NCBI GenBank assembly: GCA_950097015.1
Contig: CATNEN010000038.1
Coordinates: forward strand, 7,130,001 to 7,194,000
Source of the DNA: Macrostomum hystrix
Lineage: Eukaryota; Animalia; Platyhelminthes
Direction: 5' to 3'
Length of the DNA: 64,000 bases
Shown here: piece after piece, positions 50,669 to 63,454 of the stretch
Position numbering within the stretch: the stretch's first letter is position 1
Layout of the letters: every line of letters begins with the position of its first letter
Translations under genes and position numbers: made by a program
The notes under the pieces: model-generated
What the model saw: only the letters and a program-made list of their open reading frames with translations
Told to the model about the DNA's origin: nothing
Database searches by the model: none

Positions 50669-51709
50669 AAACAAGGCCCGACAGTCGGAACAAGTTAACT
50701 ATGCTATAAACTGGTTCCATTTGCGATCTCTATAATATTATTATGGGTGTGAACCTTTCTTGGAATCCTTGAAAGATTGCAGTGGGATTTTTGTAAGGCC
50801 TAATGTGGGATGACTCAAGTTAAAGCAAAGCATTGGTTTCTGTTTTTTGTCTGATTGTGACCATTTTTTTTATCCAGTTCGCGTGCAGCTTCAAAAAAAT
50901 ACTTGCATTGAAAATAAACAAAAAACGGTTAATTTTTCATTGATATTGTAATATGCCCATATCGACTGTCAGTTATAATGAGTGCTCACATTTATGCAAA
51001 ACGTTGATCCCATTTGTTAATTTTTTGTTTACAATCTGTAATCAATTTTTTTTTCACAAGTCTTAGGTACCAAGCTCAATATATATATATTTGTACGAGT
51101 ACTCGTAGGTGCTAGCCCAGAAACGCCTTTTTGTTAAGTCTCCGAATAAGCAATTAAAAAAGCTATTTTGCCTTTCGCATTGTCCAGTTTATCCCCAAGT
51201 TTTTCTTGTTATTTTGTCAGACTTTTTTCTCTACCCGTTCCATTGTGACCCTTTATAATTTTCTTTCTATCGGTTCTCTATTTTTTCGCTTGTTCCCGAG
51301 TTGCTCCATTGTGTGTTTTACTTCGATTGTCTATCGCGCAAGCTACAAGCCAATACAGGCATTTTTATATTTTACACACCTGATAAATAATTGACACTGC
51401 TGAATGCACCCCCATCCTGAACTGTTGGTCTGGTTTGGATAAAAATCACGAAATTTTAATCGGGACCCTCGAGTGAGGGTCTAATAGTGAGGAGACTAAG
51501 AGTGAAGAACAATTGGGATTGCAATGACTTCATTGTCGATTATTTCATTTAAACTCCGGATACTTTTGGTATTTGAAGAGCGGTTTATAAAATTACATTT
51601 TTGTGCACAAAAATATTCTAAATTTTCTGCTGAACATCTTCAGGACGCCTTCCTATTTTTATAAGGACCTTTGTTTTTTTTATTTCAATCGGAGTAATTT
51701 CAAGGCCCT

Positions 51710-53607
51710 CTGTCCTGGTAGAGTAGTGTCTACCCTATTTCCTGGTAGAGTAGTGTCCACCCTATTTCCTGATAAAGTAGTGTCTACCCTCTTTCCTGGT
51801 AGAGTAGTGTCTACCCTATTTCCTGGTAGAGTAGTGTCTACCCTCTTTCCTGGTAGAGTAGTGTCTACCCTCTTTCCTGGTAGAGTAGTGTCTACCCTCT
51901 TTCCTGGTAGAGTAGTGTCTACACTATCTCCTGGTAGAGTAGTATCTACCCTCTTTCCTGGTAGAGTAGTGTCTACCCTCTTTCCTGGTAGAGTAGTGTC
52001 TACACTATCTCCTGGTAGAGTAGTGTCTACCCTCTTTCCTGGCAGAGTAGTATCTACCCTCTTTCCTGGTAGAGTAGTGTCTACCCTCTTTCCTGGTAGA
52101 GTAGTGTCTACCCTCTTTCCTGGTAGAGTAGTGTCTACACTATCTCCTGGTAGAGTAGTATCTACCCTCTTTCCTGGTAGAGTAGTGTCTACCCTCTTTC
52201 CTGGTAGAGTAGTGTCTACACTATCTCCTGGTAGAGTAGTGTCCACCCTATTTCCTGATAAAGTAGTGTCTACCCTCTTTCCTGGTAGAGTAGTGTCTAC
52301 CCTATTTCCTGGTAGAGTAGTGTCTACCCTCTTTCCTGGTAGAGTAGTGTCTACCCTCTTTCCTGGTAGAGTAGTGTCTACACTATCTCCTGGTAGAGTA
52401 GTGTCTACCCTCTTTCCTGGCAGAGTAGTATCTACCCTCTTTCCTGGTAGAGTAGTGTCTACCCTCTTTCCTGGTAGAGTAGTGTCTACCCTCTTTCCTG
52501 GTAGAGTAGTGTCTACCCTCTTCCTGATAGAGTAGTGTCTACCGTCTTTCCTTGTAGAGTAGTGTCTACGCTATTTCCTGGTAGAGTAGTGTCTACCCTC
52601 TTTCCTGGGAGAGTAGTATCTACCCTCTTTCCTGGGAGAGTAGTATCTACCCTCTTTCCTGGGAGAGTAGTATCTACCCTCTTTCCTGGTAGAGTAGTAT
52701 CTACCCTCTTTCCTGGTAGAGTAGTGTCTACCCTATTTCCTGGTAGAGTAGTATCTACCCTATTTCCTGGTAGAGTAGTGTCTACCCTCTTTCCTGGTAG
52801 AGTAGTATCTACCCTCTTTCCTGGTAGAGTAGTGTCTACCCTATTTCCTGGTAGAGTAGTATCTACCCTATTTCCTGGTAGAGTAGTGTCTACCCTCTTT
52901 CCTGGTAGAGTAGTGTCTACCCTCTTTCCTGGTAGAGTAGTGTCTACCCTCTTTCCTGGTAGAGTAGTGTCTACACTATCTCCTGGTATAGTAGTGTCTA
53001 CCCTATTTCCTGATAGAGTAGTGTCTACCCTATTTCCTGATAGAGTAGTGTCTACCCTATTTCCTGGTAGAGTAGTATCTACCCTCTTTCCTGGTAGAGT
53101 AGTGTCTACCCTCTTTCCTGGTAGAGTAGTGTCTACACTATCTCCTGGTATAGTAGTGTCTACCCTATTTCCTGATAGAGTAGTGTCTTCCCTATTTCCT
53201 GATAGAGTAGTGTCTACCCTATTTCCTGGTAGAGTAGTATCTACCCTCTTTCCTGGTAGAGTAGTGTCTACCCTCTTTCCTGGTAGAGTAGTGTCTACAC
53301 TATCTCCTGGTATAGTAGTGTCTACCTTATTTCCTGATAGAGTAGTGTCTACCCTATTTCCTGATAGAGTAGTGTCTACCCTATTTCCTGGTAGAGTAGT
53401 GTCTACCCTATTTCCTGGTAGAGTAGTATCTACCCTCTTTCCTGGTAGAGTAGTGTCTACCCTCTTTCCTGGTAGAGTAGTGTCTACACTATCTCCTGGT
53501 AGAGTAGTGTCTACCCTGTTTCCTGGTAGAGTAGTGTCTACCCTGTTTCCTGGTAGAGTAGTGTCTACCCTATTTCCTGGTAGAGTAGTGTCTACCCTCT
53601 GTCCTCG
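51710..53607. repeat. 27-bp minisatellite, about 70 copies
   Basis: Unit CCTGGTAGAGTAGTGTCTACCCTMTTT. Confidence 0.97.
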
Positions 53608-53701
53608 TAGAACATTCGCAATCTTCCGCTGTCTTGTGTACTCATTGATTTTTCTTTCCTCCGCAGCCAGTCCCATCTAGCGGCTAATCACCTGCATTAT
53701 C

Positions 53702-55019
53702 ATGTTTCTGACGCGCACTGAATACGACCGGGGTGTGAATACCTTCTCGCCTGAAGGCCGTCTGTTCCAGGTTTGTGCAGGCCTTCAAATATTTAAATAT
53801 CTCTGGCTCGTTATCCTCTCTTAATATCTCAGCCAATCCCTAGCAGCCTATCTATGTCTCCCTGCCGCTGACGCCCCTGCAGGTTGAATACGCCATCGAG
53901 GCTACCAAGCTGGGCTCCACCGGCATCGGCATCCAGACCAGCGAAGGCGTGGTCCTGGCCGTTGAGAAGCGCGTCACCTCCAGCCTTCTGGTACCCAGCA
54001 GCATCGAGAAGATCTTCGAAGTCGATAGGCACATCGGCTGCGCCGTCAGCGGCCTGGTGGCGGACGCCCGAACCCTGATCGAGCGCGCCAGAGTCGAAGC
54101 CACGCATCACTGGTTTGTTCACAACGAACAGATTCACGTCGAGGACGTCACACGGTCCGTTAGCAACCTGGCACTCGCGTTCGGCGACGATGCCAGCAAG
54201 GGTGCCATGAGCCGTCCGTTTGGCGTGGCCTTGCTATTCGCCGGCGTGGATCCGACCGGGCCCAAACTGTTCCACATGGATCCGTCCGGCACCTATATTC
54301 ATTACCAGGTGCGCTGACCCTCTGCGCTTGTGGTGTATGCGGGATTCAGCGAACTACAGAACACTGGAGGTTCAGGAGACTAGATCTGAAGGTTCAGGAG
54401 ACTAGATACTGAAGGTTCAGGAGACTAGATACTGAAGGTTCAGGAGACTAGATACTGAAGGTTCAGGAGACTAGATACTGTAGGTTCAGGAGACTAGGTA
54501 CTGAAGGTTCAGGAGACTAGATACTGAAGAAGATTCAGGATACAAAACACGAGTTTTATGAGAATGTGTACTGAATGTTCAGGAGACTAAATGCTGAAGT
54601 TTCTAGAGACCGTACCTACACTCAACACTTATGATTTGAGGAGCTGAAAATACTGAAGGTTCAGAGAGGGAGCAGAGGGTTCACAGGCGCATAATTAGCC
54701 ATTGCAAGCATGTTTCCGGGGCCAATCAGAAGTGAGTAGGTCTCACTTAACGACTCTATGTTGCCCACAGGCGAAGGCCATCGGCAGCGGTCACGAAGGC
54801 GCGCAGCAACAACTTGAGGAGGCCTACCACAGCGGCATGTCTATGCGCGAAGCCCTGGTGCTGGCGCTGAAGATTCTGAAGCAGGTGATGGAGGAGAAGC
54901 TGGACATGAACAATGTGGAGGTGGTGACAGTCACCAGTGAACGGAAGTATCACCTGCTGGCCAAGGAGGAAGTGGAGGCCGTCATCGCAGAGGTTGGCGG
55001 CAGCAACACCGCGCCTTGA
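53702..55019 (+). CDS. PSMA5: Proteasome subunit alpha type 5, 247 aa, 3 exons
   Basis: Exons 53702-53770, 53883-54308, 54771-55019. Motifs [48 protein letters not shown] and [15 protein letters not shown] at about 55068. Confidence 0.98.
54355..54530. repeat. 23-bp minisatellite in PSMA5 intron 2
   Basis: Unit CTGAAGGTTCAGGAGACTAGATA. Confidence 0.9.
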
Positions 55020-55129
55020 TTTGTAACCCGGTGTGGATTTTTCCTTTTTCTTAACACTAGCTTGGTAAATAAATACGTTCTCTGTTTAGGGAAGTGAACA
55101 TGGCGCGAGCATCAACTAATGCAACAAAG

Positions 55130-55525
55130 GCCTAGATAGTCCCTGTCACAGGTATCTATATAATCCCTGTCACAGGTATCTAGATAATCCCTGTCACAGG
55201 TATCTAGATAATCCCTGTGACAGGTGTCTAGATAATCCATGTGACAGGTGTCTAGATAATCCCTGTGACAGGTATTTAGATAGTCTGTGACAGGTGTCTA
55301 AATAATCCATGTGACAGGTATTTAGATAGTCCGTGACAGGTGTCTAGATAATCCATGTGACAGGTGTCTAGATAATCCATGTGACAGGTGTCTAGATAAT
55401 CCATGTGACAGGTGTCTAGATAATCCATGTGACAGGTGTCTAGATAATCCCTGTGACGGTAGTCTAGATAATCCATGTGACAGGTGTCTAGATAATCCCT
55501 GTGACGGTAGTCTAGATAATCCCTA
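55130..55525. repeat. 24-bp minisatellite
   Basis: Unit TAGATAATCCMTGTGACAGGTGTC. Confidence 0.93.
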
Positions 55526-56259
55526 ACAGATATTCATCAGTTAGACATTCATTGCAGGTGTTGCCATGCGCTCCTGTTCTCTGTTTTTTCACTTGACCTA
55601 CCCAAGCCCTCAACTGCGTTAAAAACTGTTCTATCCAGTGTAGCACCTGGTGTAAAACTAGCAATGTTAAATGTCTTTGTTTATTACATTTTGTGGGCTA
55701 GTTAACTGGTCTTCATTTTTTCTGGCTAAACTCTGGCAAATAGTCTTAGAATTAATTTTCAGAACTGGCATAATGTCTGTTACATTAGCGCACATAGGCT
55801 TCAGTTTTTATAATACCGTTAATTCAGAACCAGTTAATACCAGTGCTCTGCGCCATGATACAGTAGGTAACTAATAGCTATTCCGTCAAGTTTCAGTGTA
55901 AACAATTCAGTAAGCTAACACTGAACCTGTTCCTGCAAACTGCCAGCTTTGATTTCAAATAAACACGTTCAAACTAAACTGCTTCTCCCAATTGCATATT
56001 ATCGTCTCTCTGTGTGTTCTCAAACTCGTTGCTCAAGCAACAAAATCTAGGGAATTGTTTGGGCACACGATTTTTAGGATGTTTTCAAAACTTACACAAT
56101 GGTCTGGTTTTTTTCCGGATTTTTCGCTTTTTTATGCAATTCGGTAGCTACGTATATGTACATCTAGACACGGCATCTTCAGAAGTCATCATTAGTACAA
56201 CAAAGACCGCGCACTTTTCACCTGTACAAAGACCACGGGGTATTTCAAATACCTAAAGT

Positions 56260-56345
56260 ACTGCCTACTGCCACTGCTTCACGATAGTTCCCAAACCGAA
56301 TGACCGATTTTCTTGAAAGTCCACCATATGGATTAATGTTTTCCG
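56260..56345 (+). repeat. Dispersed repeat fragment, second copy at about 62980-63057
   Basis: CTTCACGAYAGYTCCCAAACCGAATGACCGATTTTC.TGAA.GTCCACCATATGGAT occurs at both sites. Confidence 0.8.
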
Positions 56346-57461
56346 CACTTTACGATTGCCATCAGACACCCCGCCGAGATTGCGCATTGTGTTACCGCGA
56401 TCCTAAAGATCAGATTTAAAGAGTTGGATTTTAACTTTAATATCATTAATTTATTCTCTTTAAAGTGACGAATTTTACCAAGACAGTTCTCAGAAGTACA
56501 TTTGATAAGAGTTACACTAATTAGTTCTCAAACCATTTCTTATTCTAACTTCCGCCCTAATTCGACCAAAAAGTCTCTAGTAACTGGGCTAAAAACACCG
56601 CGATTTTTTTAATTGAGCAAAGCAGACAATGTGCAACACTTGATCCGGCAAGGAAATTGTTATTAAGCTCTACTAGAAGAAGAAGAAATACACTGTGTAT
56701 TTTCTTGATAAATACATCTTCACATTGTAACCTTCGCTTTCATTACGTTACTGATAAAAATACAGCGTTTGGACAGCAGAACACAATACTAAATGTTTCA
56801 ATTGGAAAGAGTTCTTTTAAACAACGAAATCAGCTAGTGCAGAAACTGAGGCGTGTAAGAAAGGAAGTTCGATGTGTGACATTGTGCTGATTTTGCACTT
56901 TTACATGTCTCGGCGCAGTAAAGCAATTTGCAACTTTTTATCATCAGTAATATTTACATCTACTCGGTAGAATAATAGTACATTCGATGCAATCGTTTGA
57001 GTACAAGCCTTAAATTAATTAAATGTTTTGAACATTTATGATCGCGAGTCAATTGCAAAATAGAATGATGGAGCATGGTCGCATTGTGCCTTCTGTTCAA
57101 TTTAAAGTTGGATGCTGTGGGATGTGGCCTGGAATCGGGACATCACATTTTGTTTTTGCGGAGACCGTAGTAGGCCTAGCTAAATGACACCTGGATAATT
57201 AACTGGCTGAAAACCAACAAATTTCTTAGTAATTATTTTCAGAGAGTTTTTTATGACGAAAGTCGCAGCTGCAATTGCGACATCGCCTTTTAAATCAGTT
57301 ATTTAAAAAATTTTGAGTTTTGCCATGACTTAAAAGGAGAACGGCTTTAACGCTGCTGATTATAGAAACCTATACTTCGGAGAGAAATAACTCACTGACC
57401 ACACGCTCAAACTTAGCCCTGTACAGCGCAGCCAATCAAACTTAAAGGGCCGACATTCCAT

Positions 57462-60400
57462 TCACGAAGCGCCGGCTGCAGTCGGGCGGTGAATGACGAG
57501 CGTCATATCGCCGACCACGGACTTCAGTATGTTAACCGCCTCGTCGTGCGTGACGCCGTCCAGAGAGCGTCCATTGACAAAGTCGATTCGATCGCCTTTG
57601 AAAAGCACGTTCTTGGCCGCCGATTCGTCAGTAACCGTGCGAACGTAAATGGGATGATCACCCTGCAAAATCAATAATTTGGAATTATGAATTGAATGGT
57701 CCTAAAACGAGTACGTTTCTAGCTAAATTGCTAGACAGCTAGACATTTTGTTATTCAGCTGCCTTTCGTAAGTTACTGGTCTGTACAAAGAACAAGTTTT
57801 TGATTGATGAGCACTTCGACGCGCATTTGCTCATCACTCTAATGTACACTGCAGCCTCCAATTTTCTCTTTCCTCCAGTGTACACTGCAGCTCCTTATTT
57901 TCTCTTTCCTCCAGTGTACACTGCAGCCCCCTATTTTCTCTTTCCTCCAGTGTAAACTGCAGCCCCCTATTTTCTCTTTCCTCCAGTGTACACTGGAGCT
58001 CCTTATTTTCTCTTTCCTCTGATGTACACTGCAGCTTCTTATTTTCTATTTCCTCTGATGTACACTGCAGCTTCCTATTTTCTCTTTCCTCTGATGTACA
58101 CTGCAGCTTCTTATTTTCTCTTTCCTCCAGTGTACACTGCAGCCCCCTATTTTCTATTTCCTCTGATGTACACTGCAGCTCCTTATTTTCTATTTCCTCT
58201 GATGTACACTGCAGCTTCCTATTTTCTCTTTCCTCTGATGTACACTGCAGCTTCCTATTTTCTCTTTCCTCTGATGTACACTGCAGCTTCCTATTTTCTC
58301 TTTCCTCCAGTGTACACTGCAGCCCCCTATTTTCTCTTTCCTCTGATGTACACTGCAGCTTCCTATTTTCTCTTTCCTCTGATGTACACTGCAGCTTCCT
58401 ATTTTCTCTTTCCTCCAGTGTACACTGCAGCTTCTTATTTTCTCTTTCCTCTGATGTACACTGCAGCTTCCTATTTTCTCTTTCCTCTAGTGTACACTGC
58501 AGCTTCCTATTTTCTCTTTCCTCCAATGTACACTGCAGCTCGTTCTCTCTTATCTGGTTTGAACTTCATTATACTGTGATCTATCATTGAAATGTTAATT
58601 ATTGCACTAACTCCGTTTAGAAGGCCAAGCCCACCTGAGGCGTGCCGCGACCTCCGACGATGCTGAAGCCCAGCATGCCGTGTCGACTGGCGCCGCGGCT
58701 CAGGCGAACCGTCAGGCGGCCGGCCGGCTCCTCCCAGCGACGCAGCCGGATAAGGACGGAACCGTTGGCAGCTTGCCCGGCGATGATCTGACTGGCGTCA
58801 TCGACCGTCAGGCCTTCCACCGACTGCTCGTTGACGCTAACCAACTCGTCGTCAAGCTGTGTCAAGAGACGGTTGCGAAAGTGAATGAGCGAACTTACAT
58901 TCCATGAATTGTGAACAGCCTTCATACAGAAATTCTGCCCATTTCGCTGACTCCTGAGCACATACTCACACATATACCGTACGCAGATAGACGCACACAG
59001 GTGTGTACATCTGCCCTAACTTTCTCATCGTCAGGCAGTGTACACTGTCACTCTGCCTTGGAGGTTGGCCCTTGGCGTAAATTGCACGACAAGCCCCCAA
59101 GCCTTCTCTCCGCGGCTGCGCCCTAAATGAATGTGGCCTCGCCGCGGAATCGAGCTCAGGGACCTTGGTGCGTTAAGAGGCCCATCACTCACCCTCCAGC
59201 CTTACCCTGATCTTTCCGGACTTCATGGCCGGCCCGTCGGGTTCCAGGTGGCCGACGAAGATGCCCTGATGCGTGGCTGCCTCGGGCGACTCGGCGGCGG
59301 CCAGCATGTGTGACGGCTGGGCGGTCAGCCGGATGCCCAGATGGCTCTCCTCCTCGGTGCCTCGACTGAGCTGAACTTCATGAATGGTCAAGGCTGCGGG
59401 TGCGCGGAGAGTTGGGTGCAAATTGCGCATTGTTCGCATCTGGGCGGCTTGTTTTGTAAGGAAAAGACGGACTGACAACACAGCAGTGGCGCTGCTTCTG
59501 CTTGGGAACTGGGATCTCGGCTAGACTGTTGAAAGATTGGCAGATACTTTGTAGCTAACAAAAACAACAACTTTAAGCATTGCTTTGACTCAGGGCTAGA
59601 AACTATTGAAGGCCGTTCTATGCACTCGGTTTATAAAAGTCAACCTTGTATTTTCGACTTTTAGGGCGCCCTCAGCACCTCCCTGTCCTTCATTTCACTG
59701 CTGCTTCTTCAATTACTATTAAAGTTTCTCGTGCCTATCATAATAGAGCTATTTGCTTGAACAATTAGACAAATATTAATTATTAGAACTTTGTAATAGA
59801 AATGCATGTTTAGTGCAGATGTTAACAAAAAGCATTGCGGTCTGGTAAAGAAAAAAAATGTTACTAACGTTTAGGACAAATTTTTCATTGAATAAGAGCG
59901 ATAAACTTCAACGTTAATTTACAATCTGGTAAATTATACTTGATTACTATGCGCCAATTCTCTACCCCACTGATGTTTCAATCTCTTCATGGAACGTACA
60001 TCTGTGCGCTAACGTCTCTACACCCACTGATGGTTAAACCTCTTCATGGAACGTACATCTTCATGGTGCGCTAACTTCTCTACCCCCACTGATGGTTAAA
60101 CCTCTTCATGGAACGTACATCTGTGCGCTAACGTCTCTACACCCACTGATGGTTAAACCTCTTCATGGAACGTACATCTTCATGGTGCGCTAACTTCTCT
60201 ACCCCCACTGATGGTTAAACCTCTTCATGGAACGTACATCTGTGCGCCAACTTCTCTACCCCCACAGATGGCTAAACCTCTTCATGGAACGTACATCTGT
60301 GCGCTAACTTCTCTACCCCCACTGATGGTTAAACCTCTTCATGGAATGTACATCTGTGCGCTAACTTCTCTACCCCCACCGATGGCTAAACCTCGTCATG

Positions 60401-62846
60401 GAATGTACATCTGTGCGCCAACTTCGCTACCCCCACCGATGGCTAAACCTCGTCATGGAATGTACATCTGTGCGCCAACTTCTCTACCCCCACCGATGGC
60501 TAAACCTCGTCATGGAATGTACATCTGTGCGCCAACTTCGCTACCCCCACCGATGGCTAAACCTCGTCATGGAATGTACATCTGTGCGCCAACTTCTCTA
60601 CCCCCACCGATGGCTAAACCTCGTCATGGAATGTACATCTGTGCGCCAACTTCGCTACCCCCACCGATGGCTAAACCTCGTCATGGAATGTACATCTGTG
60701 CGCCAACTTCTCTACCCCCACCGATGGCTAAGCCTCGTCATGGAATGTAATCGTTGATAACTCAAAAATTTTCGCCACAAAAATCACTTTAAAATCAACT
60801 GCTAGCTTCGCACCAACTGATTTCAAACGCACGCATTAATCACATTAGTAGTAGCTTTTAACTGATTCAGTAATTTTGAAAGCGGTAATTAAATCAATCA
60901 GGACACGGAAGAGGAATATATGCAAAGATATGCGACTTCGTTAACTAAGATAGTAGATATCTAAAGATGTGACACTCCATAGGATAAGCTTTGACACCAC
61001 TGGATACGCAAACACTGTGCTATAGTTAATCAAACATAAGTAATTACTAGGCAATTGTAGAAAGGATATAGTGTCTTATCGAAGTTTCACAACATAATTT
61101 GCTAAAAATGTTTAAAAAGGCAACATTTCTACAGCGAAAACTGAAAATTCCAGATTTTTCCCATTTTAGGGCACAATGAGAAACTTTGAGTTCGCTAACC
61201 TTGTCAGTTTTTGTTCTCCTGCGTTCTCTCGTGGTCTCATTTTCCGCGAGTCGAGCGTATCCCTCACTGAGCACACTAATTATTCATAAATCACCTGACT
61301 GAATTCCAAAAATCAATTAAAATACTTTAAATAATTACGCTAGCTAGATAAAATCAATGTGGAAATTTTCTCAAAGAAGATTATGTTGCTATTGGCAGCC
61401 AATGTCCGTCTGCCTTTCTGACTGGGGCTTTGAGAGTGCAACGCCAGCTTTGCCACCTCAAAATCCACCTGAATGAAAAACGGGAGCATGGAGACAAGCG
61501 CAAATATATTTTTATAATAAGCAGAAATATCGCGATTGGTTAGCAACTAGCTTCAGAAAATCCACTTTCCAGGAAAAGTTAAACAGCCGACAATTGCCCG
61601 CGAGCTGAAGCAGAAAATTTGTTTGTGCAGCATGTGTACCATGTACATAATAGTAGATAAGTCTGACTGTGACTCTACCTAACCTGTGAACCCTTAACCT
61701 AAAATAAGGCTTGGCTAGGGCAGTGAGATGTATATCGGAAATGGTAATATATATATATTGTTATAACTAATTATTCCAGTGAAGTTAAGAATCGAACCCC
61801 GACCTTAAAGTCGTTAGTCAGACGCTCTAAAGCTAGGCTACAACCATTAATCTCTAATGTAAACAACAGTCAATTTGTTTGCATTCCATGCCTAGTCTGT
61901 CTACTCATTCGATGACGGTAAGTAGTATTCGTTGCTTCGATGAACGAGCGGAACAGGCAGGGGCGGTGCTGCAGGGTCCCTTATGCTAGTTGGAGCTGCT
62001 GTCACCATTATTTTGACACGATAATCAATCATAAAATGGGATATGAAAGCTAGTTAATTTCTAGTGTATTATATTTTATTATATTCTACACACCAAATTT
62101 AACGAAAAAGAAAAGTTACATTAGACATTTTCCAAGACTCACCAGCCTTGCGCTTCGACTTCACAACGCCAACGTGCTTCAAGCGGCCAATCAGAAAGCT
62201 AACTTTGCCCTGGGAAGACTGCAACATTTTTTAAGAAGTTCGAGCGTTTGTTCGAGATTTTGTCCGCTTAGAGAATTGAGATGATTAATTGAGGTGCCTT
62301 GAGCAACTCTTGACAATGTCGCTCACCTTGAGAATGGTGGCAACCTCAGCGTGAGGCGTCTTTCGCATGTCCTTGCCATTGATCTCCAGAATGCGGTCGC
62401 CTGGCTGGAGGCGCTTGTCGCTCTCAGCGACGCCGCCTTTGATCTAGGTGCGGAGTGGACAAAACGCAACTCATTTCATCTGCTATGCTTTAGCTACCGT
62501 CACTCTGGTGACTCAGTTTCACTCTAAGCTAACTCACAATGTCGGACACCAGAACGCCTTCGTCGTTGGAGCGGGCCACAATGCTGAAGCCGAGCCCTAT
62601 GCCCTGTCGGCGGACCAGGTCAACGCGCAGCTTGTCGTACAGATCGTCCTCCGTGATCTCCTTGTCGTCGCGCCAGACCCGCAGCCGAACCCGCGGCGCA
62701 GCCTGCAGCAGGATGTTCTTGGCCTCCTCGTGCGTCACATTGGACAGGTCGCGTTCGTCCACGCTGAGGATCTGATCGCCAGCCCAGAGCCGACGGTCCT
62801 TCCAGGCGGCGCCGGTGTCGTAGACCTCGTGAATGACGATGGCGTT
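57462..62846 (-). CDS. MPDZ: Multi-PDZ scaffold (MPDZ/Patj-like), last four PDZ domains; the gene's 5' part lies beyond the window
   Basis: Exons 62846-62538, 62443-62327, 62218-62143, 59393-59206, 58856-58635, 57662-57462, with consistent phases. AIVIHEVYDTGAAWKDRRLWAGDQIL, GLGFSIVAR..GVLVSDI and LGFSIVGGRGTPQGDHPIYV match the MPDZ PDZ10-13 order. Confidence 0.88.
57840..58540. repeat. 39-bp minisatellite
   Basis: Unit TGTACACTGCAGCTTCCTATTTTCTCTTTCCTCTGA-type. Confidence 0.95.
58933..59172 (-). mobile_element. SINE family A, truncated at both ends, filling an MPDZ intron
   Basis: Reverse complement matches the body of the 25687 copy. Confidence 0.82.
59950..60748. repeat. 60-bp minisatellite
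   Basis: Unit ATGGCTAAACCTCGTCATGGAATGTACATCTGTGCGCCAACTTCKCTACCCCCACCG-type. Confidence 0.95.
61782..61843 (-). other. Degenerate tRNA-like / SINE head
   Basis: Reverse complement reads GTTGTAGCCTAGCTTTAGAGCGTCTGACTAACGACTTTAAGGTCGGGGTTCGATTC, with A-box and B-box-like motifs. Confidence 0.5.
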
Positions 62847-63454
62847 CTGGAACGGTGGAGCGGGGGTTTTGTGACGTCGTTAAATACAGCTAATTTAGAT
62901 GGCCTTGTACGAGTTAGACTACTGGGCTTGAACGCCAGTGACGTTTAACAGTAGCTAGACCGCGCAATTTTTCCCCTGCGCTGCCTACTTCACGACAGCT
63001 CCCAAACCGAATGACCGATTTTCGTGAACGTCCACCATATGGATAAAAATATTCCGTCTTTTTATTAATTAAACTGAAAAATTATGCCTATATTGGAGCT
63101 TTTTGCTGTGCGGAAAAGTTGAGGCCATGTTCTGAAATTTTCGTGGCCATTGGGTCAATATTTTGTGAGATTTTTTCATTTTCGACATTTTTCTTCTTCT
63201 TCATTTGACAGGCCTGAGAAAAAATGTTCTTGGCATTTTTAAGAAGCTTAAAATCAGGGCCTTTGAGACATTGCTGTGACTCTTGATTTTCGCTTTACAT
63301 AGCGGAGGTTCATACGAGTATAAGGCTGCAATGTCCCATGCCTGTCTGGGTGAGCTTCTGTTTCTAATCAGCAGAGGGACAGGGATTAAAGGATAGAGCC
63401 CTCTGCTTTCTTCTCTCTGCGTCTTGGTGATTTCTTGATCTGGCAAATGAAAAG

